In this document: positions 28,345-42,134 of the stretch, piece by piece
How the letters are laid out: each line of letters begins with the position of its first letter
Numbering within the stretch: the stretch's first letter is position 1
From: Eledone cirrhosa
Taxonomy: Eukaryota
NCBI GenBank assembly: GCA_964016885.1
Contig: OZ024743.1
Location: 357,430,001-357,494,000, forward strand
Length of the DNA: 64,000 bases
Direction of reading: 5' to 3'
Position numbers and translations under genes: made by a program
Notes under the pieces: generated by a model
What the model was told of the DNA's origin: nothing
Databases searched by the model: none
What the model saw: the letters and a program-made list of their open reading frames with translations, nothing else

Positions 28345-28666
28345 ATATATATATATATACTGCCCTGTTCCTATCTAACAAATTCAATTCGCAAAGCAAT
28401 GTCAACCCGTGGCCACAGTAAAAGGCATTTACCTAAGGTGCCACTCTGAGGGATCCAATCTGAAACTAGGTTCTTTTGAAGTGTACATTTTGACCACATA
28501 AACCTCTCATGCCGAACTCACATATGAAAACTGCCCAAAACTGTATCACAGGTATTAATAAAAAATATTCAGATCTGAGCAACTGCAATCATATATTAAC
28601 TATTAACTGTTTTGTATTATTAACTCTTCTGTCAAGTAACAGAATGAAGTAAAGTGGAAATATAAT

Positions 28667-28718
28667 CCTATATCATAAACACGAGCAGAAAACCGCCGTT
28701 CGGGTGGTTTTCTACTAG
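28667..28718 (+). mobile_element. Possible Helitron-like mini element or 3' end
   Basis: TC..TATATCATAAA start, then an 11-bp hairpin agaaaaccgcc/ggtggttttct followed by ACTAG. Confidence 0.35.
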
Positions 28719-29325
28719 CATGTGTAGTGTGTATATTGATATTATACGCAAGTATATATATACATGTAGATATGATACATCAAATAAAACCGTAATTGAC
28801 AATATAAACAGAAATTGAACGAAGACGTTGTTACACTGTCTTATGTAATCAGTAACGATCGATACATTAAAATGATACATTAAAAAAAGACAATATTATA
28901 TATAAACTGCTTAGGAGAAAATTAGTGACAGAAAATTAGTATGTTTATTTAAGTGATCGCCACCGGAAGTGCTGACATCACACACTCTCTCTTTCTATAT
29001 ATATGGCAGTTGAAGTGGTGGTGGTGGCAACGATATGCCGGAAGTGCAACTTTGAAAAGAAGTCAATTTTAAATTATTTATTTTTACGAAATTATTTGTT
29101 TACGAAATTTAGCACATAAATTATATAATATTCATTCATTATTTATTCAAAGTAATCCAACTTATTTTACTAACGGGATAAAAAAAAAAAAAAACCGTAC
29201 GCAGTCCCGCAGACCTTCCTTTATTATAGTTTAGATTTAATTTATCAAAATTATTGAATTCTTTTTACTTTCTTCATAGTATTACCGTGGGCATAGCCAG
29301 ACACTATGATATATATATATATTTA

Positions 29326-29387
<62 letters not shown>

Positions 29388-29429
29388 ACACAGAGAGAGA
29401 GGAGAGAGAGAGAGAGAGTAAGAGAGTTG

Positions 29430-29710
29430 GTTATCCGTCAGTTCCTACTAACGTTCCTATTCTACGAATCATTAGAATAGGCTGATCGTGAAATTAACGT
29501 ACAAATATAGTTCTCAGGGAGATTCAGCATAACACTGTGTGCGACAAGGTTGGTTCTTCGAATTCCAGACACAACTCATTTTTGCCAGCTAAATGAACTG
29601 GAGCAGTACATTAGGCTTCTTGCTCAAATACAACGCGGTGCCAAGAATCGACCCTTGACATTACGTTCAAGAACTAAACACCCAAGCCACTACACCAAAC
29701 CACGTGCCAT
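29430..29710 (-). mobile_element. Degenerate SINE, same family as the element hosting the satellite
   Basis: The reverse complement reads gagttgtgtctggaattcgaagaaccaaccttgtcgcaca..ctgaatctccctgagaactat, matching 33328-33400. A tRNA-like head lies near 29640-29710. Confidence 0.6.
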
Positions 29711-30159
29711 CAGATATATAGAAATAAACAATTGTCTACACACACATGTCTGTCCTTCCGTCAGTGGGAGAAACGCGTTGAAGTGTTCTTGTATTCTTCA
29801 GGTCAATTCGATAACGTCGAATAGGTTTGGTAAGCACCCAGTGAAGTCTGTAGTTATATAAATTTCCTACTGTGTAGAAATAATTGTTATGATTTATCTA
29901 GTTCGATGTATTTGTGGACATCAATATATCCATCACTTGAACTACAGTTGCTAGTTTGCAGATTTATTAGACAGCATCTATTTACTGATCATAGAGAGAA
30001 CTGGCTTCGTTCTAGTCTGTCTATTCTGCGTGTGTACGTATGTATGTTTGTATGAATGTGTACATATCTGTGCGTGTAGATATATATATCTACGGGCGTA
30101 AGCAAGCACACTTGAGTTGTGTAATCATGAGGTGCTGGGTTTGATCCTTGTAGGTGAAA

Positions 30160-33100
30160 TTGGCTGGCTGGAAACTGTGGAAGTTGGTCCGGATAAGTTG
30201 TACCTGTAATTGTCTGGCTGGTGTGGAAGTTGGTCCGGATAAGTTGTACCTGTAATTGGCTGGTGTGGAAGTTGGTCCGGATAAGTTGTACCTGTAATTG
30301 GCTGGTGTGAAAGTTGGTCCGGATAAGTTGTGCCTGTAATTGGCTGGTGTGGAAGTTGGTCCGGATTAGTTGTACCTGTAATTGTCTGGCTGGTGTGGAA
30401 GTTGGTCCGGATTAGTTGTACCTGTAATTGGCTGGTGTGGAAGTTGGTCCGGATTAGTTGTACCTGTAATTGTCTGGCTGGTGTGGAAGTTGGTCCGGAT
30501 AAGTTGTACCTGTAATTGGCTGGTGTGGAAGTTGGTCCGGATTAGTTGTACCTGTAATTGTCTGGCTGGTGTGGAAGTTGGTCCGGATAAGTTGTACCTG
30601 TAATTGGCTGGTGTGGAAGTTGGTCCGGATTAGTTGTACCTGTAATTGTCTGGCTGGTGTGGAAGTTGGTCCGGATAAGTTGTACCTGTAATTGGCTGGT
30701 GTGGAAGTTGGTCCGGATTAGTTGTACCTGTAATTGTCTGGCTGGTGTGGAAGTTGGTCCGGATAAGTTGTACCTGTAATTGTCTGGCTGGTGTGGAAGT
30801 TGGTCCGGATAAGTTGTACCTGTAATTGGCTGGTGTGGAAGTTGGTCCGGATAAGTTGTACCTGTAATTAGCTGGTGTGAAAGTTGGTCCGGATAAGTTG
30901 TGCCTGTAATTGGCTGGCTGGTGTGGAAGTTGGTCCGGATAAGTTGTACCTGTAATTGGCTGGTGTGGAAGTTGGTCCGGATAAGTTGTACCTGTAATTG
31001 GCTGGTGTGGAAGTTGGTCCGGATAAGTTGTACCTGTAATTGGCTGGTGTGAAAGTTGGTCCGGATAAGTTGTGCCTGTAATTGTCTGGCTGGTGTGGAA
31101 GTTGGTCCGGATAAGTTGTACCTGTAATTGGCTGGTGTGGAAGTTAGTCCGGATAAGTTGTACCTGTAATTGGCTGGTGTGGAAGTTGGTCCGGATTAGT
31201 TGTACCTGTAATTGGCTGGTTGGTGTGGAAGTTGGTCCGGATAAGTTGTACCTGTAATTGGCTGGTGTGGAAGTTGGTCCGGATTAGTTGTACCTGTAAT
31301 TGTCTGGCTGGTGTGGAAGTTGGTCCGGATAAGTTGTACCTGTAATTGGCTGGTGTGGAAGTTGGTCCGGATAAGTTGTACCTGTAATTGTCTGGCTGGT
31401 GTGGAAGTTGGTCCGGATAAGTTGTACCTGTAATTGGCTGGTGTGGAAGTTGGTCCGGATAAATTGTACCTGTAATTGGCTGGTGTGGAAGTTGGTCCGG
31501 ATAAATTGTACCTGTAATTGTCTGGCTGGTGTGGAAGTTGGTCCGGATAAGTTGTACCTGTAATTGTCTGGCTGGTGTGGAAGTTGGTCCGGATAAGTTG
31601 TACCTGTAATTGGCTGGTGTGGAAGTTGGTCCGGATAAGTTGTACCTGTAATTAGCTGGTGTGGAAGTTGGTCCGGATAAGTTGTACCTGTAATTGGCTG
31701 GTGTGGAAGTTGGTCCGGATAAGTTGTACCTGTAATTGGCTGGTGTGGAAGTTGGTCCGGATAAGTTGTACCTGTAATTGGCTGGTGTGGAAGTTGGTCC
31801 GGATAAGTTGTACCTGTAATTGGCTGGTGTGGAAGTTGGTCCGGATAAGTTGTACCTGTAATTGGCTGGTGTGGAAGTTGGTCCGGATAAGTTGTACCTG
31901 TAATTGTCTGGCTGGTGTGGAAGTTGGTCCGGATAAGTTGTACCTGTAATTGTCTGGCTGGTGTGGAAGTTAGTCCGGATTAGTTGTACCTGTAATTGGC
32001 TGGTGTGGAAGTTGGTCCGGATAAGTTGTACCTGTAATTGGCTGGTGTGGAAGTTGGTCCGGATAAGTTGTACCTGTAATTGGCTGGTGTGGAAGTTGGT
32101 CCGGATTAGTTGTACCTGTAATTGTCTGGCTGGTGTGGAAGTTGGCCCGGATTAGTTGTACCTGTAATTGTCTGGCTGGTGTGGAAGTTGGTCCGGATTA
32201 GTTGTACCTGTAATTGGCTGGTGTGGAAGTTGGTCCGGATAAGTTGTACCTGTAATTGGCTGGTGTGGAAGTTGGTCCGGATAAGTTGTACCTGTAATTG
32301 TCTGGCTGGTGTGGAAGTTGGTCCGGATAAGTTGTACCTGTAATTGGCTGGTGTGGAAGTTGGTCCGGATAAGTTGTACCTGTAATTGGCTGGTGTGGAA
32401 GTTGGTCCGGATAAGTTGTACCTGTAATTGGCTGGTGTGGAAGTTGGTCCGGATAAGTTGTACCTGTAATTGGCTGGTGTGGAAGTTGGTCCGGATAAGT
32501 TGTACCTGTAATTGTCTGGCTGGTGTGGAAGTTGGTCCGGATAAGTTGTACCTGTAATTGGCTGGTGTGGAAGTTGGTCCGGATAAGTTGTACCTGTAAT
32601 TGTCTGGCTGGTGTGGAAGTTGGTCCGGATTAGTTGTACCTGTAATTGTCTGGCTGGTGTGGAAGTTGGTCCGGATTAGTTGTACCTGTAATTGGCTGGT
32701 GTGGAAGTTGGTCCGGATAAGTTGTACCTGTAATTGGCTGGTGTGGAAGTTGGTCCGGATAAGTTGTACCTGTAATTGGCTGGTGTGGAAGTTGGTCCGG
32801 ATAAGTTGTACCTGTAATTGTCTGGCTGGTGTGGAAGTTGGTCCGGATAAGTTGTACCTGTAATTGTCTGGCTGGTGTGGAAGTTGGTCCGGATTAGTTG
32901 TACCTATAATTGTCTGGCTGGTGTGGAAGTTGGTCCGGATTAGTTGTACCTGTAATTGGCTGGTGTGGAAGTTGGTCCGGATAAGTTGTACCTGTAATTG
33001 TCTGGCTGGTGTGGAAGTTGGTCCGGATAAGTTGTACCTGTAATTGTCTGGTGTGGAAGTTGGTCCGAATAAGTTGTACCTGTAATTGGCTGGTGTGGAA

Positions 33101-33342
33101 GTTGGTCCGGATAAGTTGTACCTGTAATTGGCTGGTGTGGAAGTTGGTCCGAATAAGTTGTACCTGTAATTGGCTGGTGTGGAAGTTGGTCCGGATAAGT
33201 TGTACCTGTAATTGGCTGGTGTGGAAGTTGGTCCGGATTAGTTGTACCTGTAATTGTCTGGCTGGTGTGGAAGTTGGTCCGGATAAGTTGTACCTGTAAT
33301 TGTCTGGTGTGGAAGTTGGTCCGAATAAGTTGTACCTGTAAT
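30160..33342 (+). repeat. 42/46-bp tandem satellite GGCTGGTGTGGAAGTTGGTCCGGATWAGTTGTACCTGTAATT(GTCT), about 70 units, inside a SINE (~30090-33500)
   Basis: Head-to-tail units without spacers. A SINE head lies upstream and the SINE body continues downstream. Confidence 0.95.
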
Positions 33343-33705
33343 TAAAAAAGGTCAACCTTGTCACATTGCGTCACACTGATTCTACTTGCGAACTATGTTA
33401 AAAGGTCATACGTTAGTGGAACACTCAGCCACAATTATGTTAATTCAATGAGTAGGCTGTTCTGTTCATCGAATACTCATGGTCGAAACCGATGGACATC
33501 TATTCACTTTTATTAATGTATATGTTTGAAGGTACACATGTGTGCATGTGTATATGTATCCACATGGTCCCGCTAGTAGATATGACTAAATGCACTATGT
33601 GTATGTGAATGTGTGCAGGTATGTATCAGTGTTTAAGTAAAAATATGTCTCATTATATGATTACATGTGTCATAATTTCGGTAAGTAGGTTTCGGGGTCC
33701 TGAAT

Positions 33706-33747
<42 letters not shown>

Positions 33748-33767
33748 ATAATAATAACATTGAAGAC

Positions 33768-33804
<37 letters not shown>

Positions 33805-33806
33805 AC

Positions 33807-33990
33807 AAAATTGCAAACTTGACTGTCACCACATATTATGAACCTGAAGATTGCGAAAGCATGAAAGTACTTGTTCAATTAACACTTAGAATTTAATATT
33901 CTATCATACTATCTCATTATAATACCATTATAAATTTTAAAAGATTGTAAATAAAACGAGTAAATCAGACAAAGTTGGAATTCCTCTTAT

Positions 33991-33992
<2 letters not shown>
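33807..33992 (+). mobile_element. pLTR-like fragment with a minimal hammerhead ribozyme (33839-33877); same family as 50981-51357
   Basis: tgaac-CTGAAGA-ttgc-gaaa-gcat-GAAA-GTAC-TT-gttca, followed by (TA)n. Confidence 0.82.
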
Positions 33993-34031
<39 letters not shown>

Positions 34032-34751
34032 GTTTGTTGAGTGAGTTGGAAATTGGTCGGAGTATCGTTATTAGCTTTCTCTGTTTATGGAATTATGTAA
34101 TATACTCTTGGATCACCAGACATGAACTTTCCCGATATAAGGTATGACTATCTTTGTTTAGTTTTTTTATATGAATATTGATTGTTTGTTCCTGTATCTC
34201 ATATCTGTTATTTTGCCTGAGAAAATATCTCTATATGTCCTTAAACAGTACACGCTTATATTTATTTTTTCATATCCAATTGAGTTCTTCGCACGAGGCT
34301 TGAATTCTTGTCAGAGTTCAATGACCTGCGTGTGTATTATTTTTCACGGTAGCCTCCTCCCCCCATTTTGGGGACAGTGTGAGATTTTCGAACTGCTGGG
34401 GTTACAACCTAACAGCTTCTTCTAGCACTGATGGTGATTATCGCTAAATATTGATGTAGATTTAGTTATTAATATAAATATTATTGGGCACCCACTGAAG
34501 ATTTGTAAGAGCCCACTTGCATAAGAATCCATTGATCTTACACAAGTCTCTACATAACTTGGTATAATTTCACCCACAATGTAGAAATCTTACAATGAAA
34601 CGATTCGTTTGGGAAATGAGATCTTTAATATTTTTCATACAAAATAATACAGCCAATTATCCATACAATACAATATAGTTAGCACTCCAAACGGTTAATT
34701 GGGAATATACTCCGGTTTGTTGAGTGAGCTGGAAATTGGTCGGAGTATCGC

Positions 34752-34865
<114 letters not shown>

Positions 34866-35086
34866 GGATACTTAGTAAAATCGAATCTCTGGCAGTGTGC
34901 AAGCAAATTCGGCCTACTATGCGAATGAGTTAGCAAAGCACTCGACAAGGTAGGTCCTCAGAGTAATAACATACGTTTAAATAGCTTGACAAATTGAACA
35001 TTGTGGCAGACAAAATCTAACACACAATATACCAAAGTAACGAAAGAACTAACAGGTTGAGATATATATAAACAAATAGTAAAAAG

Positions 35087-35146
35087 GAAAAAAATACAGT
35101 AGAAAATGCTGGAGATCTCTCCACCATTTTCTACTGTATTTTTTTC
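35087..35146. repeat. ~60-bp palindrome closing a minus-strand pLTR-like segment (34862-35146)
   Basis: gaaaaaaatacagtagaaaatg..gagatctc..cattttctactgtattttttt. Confidence 0.65.
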
Positions 35147-36233
35147 AGTAAAATATCAAAACATTTATTTATAAGGTGGGGATTTCCGCATTTAATCGTG
35201 ATACCGGTTTCAACATTGTATGATTTTTCAACGACGGAAGTGTAAAGTGCAGTTAAATTGCATATTTATACGAATAATAATAGAATGGAAAATTATTAAT
35301 TTTTACATACATATTTAAAGAGGAAAGTTCATGTTTCTGTCCGAGGTTCTCTTTCTCTCTCTGCTAGTTGACGAACAAAGGCGGGTACCGCCTCTGTTGT
35401 TCAACTATTGTTGTTTTGCTGCACACAAATTGATCATTAATTTTTAGATTTAAAAACCAAAAGTATATAGTTCATCAAGTGAAAAACACTGTCTTCACGT
35501 GAAAGAGTGACTTTGAGTGTGTATATGAAATACACACACACACACATACATGTGTGTATATATATATATATGTGTGTGTGTTTGTGTATGTGTATGTATG
35601 TATGTATATATGCATAATATAAATGGTTAAGATGTTTTAATTAATGTATGACAAAATTAATTACTACATTTACAAACGTCCGAAATTTGTAGAAGACCAA
35701 GTGGGCAGAACCTCCTAAAGTAATCGAACCCGTATCTTTTCTATAGAAGATAACCACCTAACAACTTCTCACTGCTAAATCTAGTGTATGTAAATGTCCA
35801 ACAAAACAAGCTAGAATTGTTTACCTTCACCCGTTTCTCACACACTTCGCTGGTATGGCAGTAGTAACTCAAACTTCAAAGTACAGAATACCTCACCACT
35901 GTCGAGCATAACGCAGTCTCACACTGGGATCTTCCATGTTGACTGCACGTTCCTGGAATAAAAGTAATATACAATAAACGGTTAATAGTTGATCCATACT
36001 CTAGATGTGAAGAGTAAAGCCTTTGACACTGTGCAGTGGCGCTCTCTCAATAACAAAGATCGATGTTTGCCCTTCTAGGATTTTCCCCATATAAATAGAC
36101 TTTCCCACAGAGACATGCACTCGCATTCCACATATAGACACCCTGGTACAATCAGTCACATTCACACATGATGATGACGTACCGCCATCGAGTATGATGA
36201 TGAGTGTTCCAGTTGTTCCATAAACAGCTGAGC

Positions 36234-36327
36234 ATTCTATAGACACATGTACCATAGACATTCTATAGACACATGTACCATAGACATTCTATAGACACAT
36301 GTACTATAGACACATGTACCATAGACG
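36234..36327. repeat. Short 26-bp tandem repeat (about 3.5 copies)
   Basis: cattctatagacacatgtaccataga is repeated. Confidence 0.8.
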
Positions 36328-36469
36328 TCATTCTCAGGAGGATTCAGCGAGACACAATAACAATACTGGCAGTGTGAGTTTATTGGAACAGACCATTAGA
36401 CAGGCTTCCAAACAGTTTTCCCTCTCTCTAGTTTCTTTAATAAGGCGGGATTTGACCCGAGGCTATGGT

Positions 36470-36665
36470 AAATAACTGTTTCTACTTTTGGCACAAGGCC
36501 AGCAATTACCCAGAGCATTACTGGTACTTTATTTTATCGACCCCGTAAGGATGAAAGGCAAAGTTAACCCCGGCGGGATTTGAACTCAGAATGGCAAGGG
36601 CCGTAACTCTATACGTCAAAGCATGGCATCCGACCCTCTACCGATACTGCCAATCCACCGCCCTT
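36470..36665 (-). mobile_element. tRNA-derived SINE of an abundant young family (other copies at ~37835-38013 -, 51837-51940 +, 51998-52175 -, 57408-57552 +)
   Basis: B-box-like GAGTTCAAATCC and central GGTTAACTTTGCCTTTCATCCTTACGGGGTCGATAAAATAAAGTACCAG. More than 10 copies in the window. Confidence 0.85.
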
Positions 36666-36714
36666 TCAGCGAGACACAATAAGGCTATGGTAAATAACAA
36701 TTGTCTAAGATGCT

Positions 36715-36930
36715 ACGCAGTAGTACCGGGCGCTCTCCGACAGGTTTGCGGTCGTACCCCTGGCAGTGGAGACTTCTGGTGTCCTCGGCCCCAGGGCTAC
36801 CTCCTTACTCACCACCATAGGCGCTGAGCTGGCCAGCCGCAGGTGTGAGCCCCGCGTGTTGGAGTGGCTTTTCCAGCGCGTCTCCCTCGCCGTCCTCCGG
36901 GGAAACGTCTTCTCCATTCTGTCCACCGGG
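36715..36930 (+). mobile_element. 3' fragment of a restriction-like-endonuclease non-LTR retrotransposon (CRE-like)
   Basis: VVPLAVETSGVLGPRATSLLTTIG..EWLFQRVSLAVLRGNVFSIL matches the typical RLE C-terminal P.AVET.G..G / QR.S.A..RGN signature. It is a GC-rich island. Confidence 0.75.
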
Positions 36931-37613
36931 GCTGTGAGTGGGCCCCATCGCGTACTGTTGAAGTTGTTGTAGAAGAAACGGGTTCCACTTGCATATTGTA
37001 TATGTTTTTTTTAAATTACCCCACAGAATAAGACAGTTATAATGAACAAATAGAGAAAAACCCAGGACCTAGTGATTGTTAAGTGAACTTCTTAACCATT
37101 CGGTCATGCTGCCTGCACTCACAAAGATATATACAACACACGAACTTACATACACTGCTACAACGAGAGACAGTTTCACACACACACATAGACCCTCAGG
37201 TATACATTACACGTAGACAGCTTGACATTGACAAATCAACTAATTTTCTTGAAGTGTCGATTAGATTTCATTATATATGTGCGTGACTGTGTATGTATGT
37301 ATGTATGTATGTATGTATGTATGTATGTATGTATGTATGTATGTATGTATGTATGTATGTATGTATGCTCACTATAAAAGCTTCACGGCACAGGCATTGC
37401 TTTATATCTGGAGATCTCTCTGCACATGTCGTCACATGGTACCATGGACCCAGCACTATGTGTCAATAATTGTCACATGGATATAAAGTAGTGGCCGTAC
37501 TCGAAAACGAGTTGGCAGCCACCATGTATGTATGTATATATATATATATATATACACACACACAGACACACACACGCACATATCTATATCTATATATATC
37601 TATACATACACAT

Positions 37614-37671
<58 letters not shown>

Positions 37672-37704
37672 TTATTTAGCCGAGGTTAACTTTGCACAAT
37701 TATT

Positions 37705-38088
37705 TAATATAAAAATGGCTTCTGCTGGACTAGAAAGTTTCATTTGTATGAAACAATCAGGGGCATTCCTGATGATTCCAAACGAAAGAAACAGTTCTAG
37801 TCCTGTAGAAGCCATTTCTATATTAAAAAAATTGTTTGTACTTTTGGCACAAGGCCAGCAAGTACCCAGTGCATTACTGGTACTTTATTTTATCGACCCC
37901 GTAAGGATGAAAGGCAAAGTTAACCTCGGCGGGATTTGAACTCAGATCGTAAAGGGAAGTAACTCTATGCTTCAAAGCATGGCGCCTGACCCTCTACCGA
38001 TACTGCCAATCCACAATGATGTTTACACTCTACTAATGTATTGAGCACCTTTTAACTGTGGTTACCCCCAAGTTCACTCGGCATCTAC
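37705..38088 (+). mobile_element. Older copy of the 15491-15690 hammerhead element, interrupted by a SINE (37835-38013)
   Basis: attc-CTGATGA-ttccaaacgaaa-GAAACAGttctagtcCTGTA-gaag (37764-37812), with a degenerate inverted arm upstream. The tail at 38021-38088 matches 15620-15690. Confidence 0.75.
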
Positions 38089-38243
38089 ACACACACGTGC
38101 ACGCACACACACATATATATATATTTATATAATTGTGTGAAGATACACACCTTCCTGCCTATCGTGCAATGTCTCACCTTATCTGACCTTCCTAACTACC
38201 TACCTACATACCTACTTATATTCATGTACGTAATGTGTGTGTC

Positions 38244-38276
<33 letters not shown>

Positions 38277-38869
38277 CAGACTCACACACGTATTTATCTC
38301 TTCTTCAGCCTATCTTTCAGAATTGCTTCATTCACAACCTCTCATTCTATCATCCGTCATTTATTTCCAGCTGTCTACTTAACTATCGTCCCATTTTATG
38401 GCTGGCTTAGCTGGCTTATTTGGCGAGATGTTTGTGTGTCTGTTTGTCTGTCTGTCTATCTCTCTATCCTCATCTGTCTGTCTGTTTGTCTCTCTGCCTA
38501 CGTATCTCTACAACCTTACGTCTCTCCCCCCACTTCGTTACTTTTTCTGCAGTCTATCTCTCCAATATCCCCTAAACCATTATTTTCCATATAAGCAACA
38601 TTTTATCAATTTTATTTCAGTACTCTTTCTCTAAAGAAGAGATTGTTCAATTTTATTTTTTATTTATTATACAGAAACAGAAAGAAAAGCTTACGTTCAC
38701 ATTCGTTCTTCTGAAAAAGTTTCGTCTCATTTCTGCGATCCGGTCACTGAGACAATACTACTGCAATTCACTTATGATGTTTTGTTTTATCGGCGGAAAT
38801 TTTTGTTTTGTGCATGGTCTCTCAGTAGTCAATATTTGAAACTGAAATATCAATTAAGATATTATTAAT

Positions 38870-39205
38870 GATCCACAGAAAAAGCAGCATTCAGTGGTCT
38901 ATTTTGTGAGGGTTGAACGTGCATTTGGGGTTAAATTTTATCGAAGGCTTTCAACACAGTATAGAAACAATTTTTTGCGGTTGCAAACTATCAACAAATA
39001 AATGTTTTAAATATAAAATCGCAGAAGTATTACGCATCAAAAGGATTCCGACGCTCAACCACATTGAACGAGATCGCGAAATGGTTCTGTTAAATAGACG
39101 GTGGGCTGTTGATGAAGTGGAAAGTAATATCCAAAATGGTTATGGCCTAGCCTTTAAAATCATGGAATAATCCACAACAGATTGGCCATAGGTAACGTAA
39201 TAACA
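38870..39205 (+). pseudogene. mariner transposase relic (N-terminal HTH region)
   Basis: QHSVVYF..GVKFYRRLSTQY and REMVLLNRRWAVDEVESNIQNGYGLAFKI..HNRL resemble mariner EQRSVIRFL..IHRRLSAQY and RRVTIDEVA..ISHGSA..IIHNRL. Confidence 0.6.
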
Positions 39206-39658
39206 ACGAGAAGTGAACTGAAATTCCAAGTTCAAACCTGCACCGTAACTAATATTGTCGTCAATATGAAAATATAAATGCATTACGGAGAAATATAGAC
39301 TCACGCTGCTCGTCTTTAGAGCAAAGATTAATCGGCGCGAACATAGTTAATGCAGTAAAAACAACATAATTGGTAAGAAGGAAACTACATCTAGTGATGA
39401 GCATACAATGATTAATCTCCTTTGGTAACCATCCAAGATTTGACTACTGTGATTTACGGATTAATTGATGAAATATATTTTTTACTTAAAAAATATATAC
39501 AAAGATTAATCATTTTAAAAGGTAGCTATATTTGAAGTTCTAGTTAAACTTTAATTGGTTACCTACCTAGCTATGTGTGCTTACATTCTTTACAGATTAG
39601 TCCCTGTGATTGTTCCATATGATTATTTTATATATATATATGTAAATCTGTTTCTAGT

Positions 39659-39764
<106 letters not shown>

Positions 39765-40503
39765 TGAGAGAGAGGCGGAAACATGAAGGTACCTTAACTG
39801 GGTTGCTTGATACCCTATTGTCTTTGAAAAGGAAGAATACAATCAACAGTGTTACCTGTGGTTGAAACGAAAGCTACGGTGCTAGTAGCTGGAACAAAGT
39901 TTATCAAATTCTGGTGGATCAGGGTTATCAAGGTTCATTAGAAAAAGAAGCAATATCAGCCATTGTTATATAAGCGTGGCTGAATTGGGTTTCTATTAGA
40001 TTGTCTGATATGAACTTCTCATTATAAAACAAAAGATGGAAGTGACTTCAATCCAAGCGACAATTGCATAAAGATAAAAGATTTCTAAGTGTTTACTGGT
40101 AATAACAAATTTACTTCCAGTAAAGCTGAATTATTTTAAGATAAAACCGACTGAGAAATATTAAGAATTTGACGATCGTATAAATCAGACATGATTATAA
40201 ATCTTTCATGTCATTGCGCATGACTGAAGTAGAAGGTTAATGGCCTGGGACCGTGTGCAAAACCAGTGCTTCAAATTGATAGTAAAGGTGTCCTCTGCGG
40301 AAAAGGAGTCAATACATTTTATTTCAACAATGTTGTTACAAATTGATCGACTGCTCTTGCTACGGCCATCTAGTCAGCTATAATCGCCATTACTGAATAT
40401 TCGTGACTTCTTCATGTTAGACCAAACGCCATGTTTTATTAATTTAGAACCATACTGTGTTAAAGTGTTCAACTCAAACAAACTAACATATACTTTTTAT
40501 GAA

Positions 40504-40542
<39 letters not shown>

Positions 40543-40592
40543 TAAATAAATATGGTTTTATAAATATAGTTTCCATTTATTTAATATCATTG

Positions 40593-40793
<201 letters not shown>

Positions 40794-40797
40794 TTAT

Positions 40798-41228
40798 ACA
40801 ATGATATTAAATAAATGGAAACTATATTTATAAAACCATATTTATTTTATTATATATATTTCTAGGGTACCAAGACAACATTAGTACGCTTTCATCAGAT
40901 AAAATATAAAGTTTGTTTTATAAATTGAGACATACCCATGAAAATGGGAAATTCACTATCCAGTGGAATTTCCAACCGATAAGGTATGATTTTCATGGGT
41001 ATGTCTCTATTTATAAAACAAACTTTTTTTTTTCATCTGATGAAAGCGTACCAATGTTGTCTTGGTACCCTAGAAATATATATAATAAAATAAATATGAT
41101 TTTATAAATATAGTTCTCATTTATTTAATATCATTGAATATTTACTCCAGTAAACTGTTGAGTGCTCTAAATCAGTTATAAACATTTATATTTGTCGGAC
41201 TTCCAACAAATTAAATACCCCTTCTACT
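40798..41228 (+). mobile_element. pLTR-like element with a ~340-bp palindrome (40798-41136) and hammerheads on both strands (41031-41090 +, 40845-40904 -)
   Basis: CTGATGA-aagcgtaccaa-tgttgtc-ttggtaccct-a-GAAA-TATATA-TA-ataaaa. A further inverted fragment lies at 40545-40593, across the (TA)n tract. Confidence 0.8.
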
Positions 41229-41304
<76 letters not shown>

Positions 41305-41312
41305 TATATACG

Positions 41313-41349
<37 letters not shown>

Positions 41350-41350
41350 G

Positions 41351-41450
<100 letters not shown>

Positions 41451-41494
41451 TGTATATATATATATGTATATATGTATATATGTATATATATATG

Positions 41495-41527
<33 letters not shown>

Positions 41528-41546
41528 GTATGTATGTATATGTGTG

Positions 41547-41587
<41 letters not shown>

Positions 41588-41611
41588 ACACACACACACA
41601 TACATACACAA

Positions 41612-41653
<42 letters not shown>

Positions 41654-41902
41654 CGATAGGAAGCCCGACGGCCAAGCTTAAACTGTTCGATAGCAAAATG
41701 GAAAATGGTCTATGCTCGGCGATCAGGCGTCCTATTCTATAATAATTCTTACAATCGACCTTCCTTTCGTTGCTAGACCGTATTGTGATCAGGGTAATGG
41801 TATGTATGATATATTTTCAACTTGTCCCCTTATTCCTATGAAGAATTCACCACCTGATGAAGAAACTTTAATTCTTCCAATATTAGTTATTCCAATGTCT
41901 TG

Positions 41903-41948
41903 GAATTCCTGATGTTGTATCTTGAGTCTCAGAAACCATGGTCGGGGT
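41903..41948 (+). ncRNA. Degenerate hammerhead-like motif
   Basis: CTGATGT (one core mismatch)..GAAA-CCATGG-TC. Stem I is weak. Confidence 0.4.
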
Positions 41949-42134
41949 ATTATATAAGTTAAAGTCGACTTTCTTCAGTCGTTTTAGCTTGTATCTCAAT
42001 AAAATGAGATTTTAGCTTAAGTTTAATATATATTAATACTTCTCTGAGTGGATAATTTATTGATATATCTTGTCCTTTCATTGGGATGTTTACGTATTAG
42101 AGACAGTTAACTTTATAGAGATATAAATTTATAT

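Noticed and set aside
30160-33342. CRISPR-like array, or the WKLVRISCTCN repeat ORFs
   Set aside because: Units are head-to-tail without unique spacers, there are no cas genes, and the context is eukaryotic. The ORFs are by-products of a 42-bp period.
35825-35952. Exon-like segment on the minus strand (ttattccAG ... GTaaac)
   Set aside because: All three frames contain stops and no recognisable protein; at most a UTR or non-coding exon.
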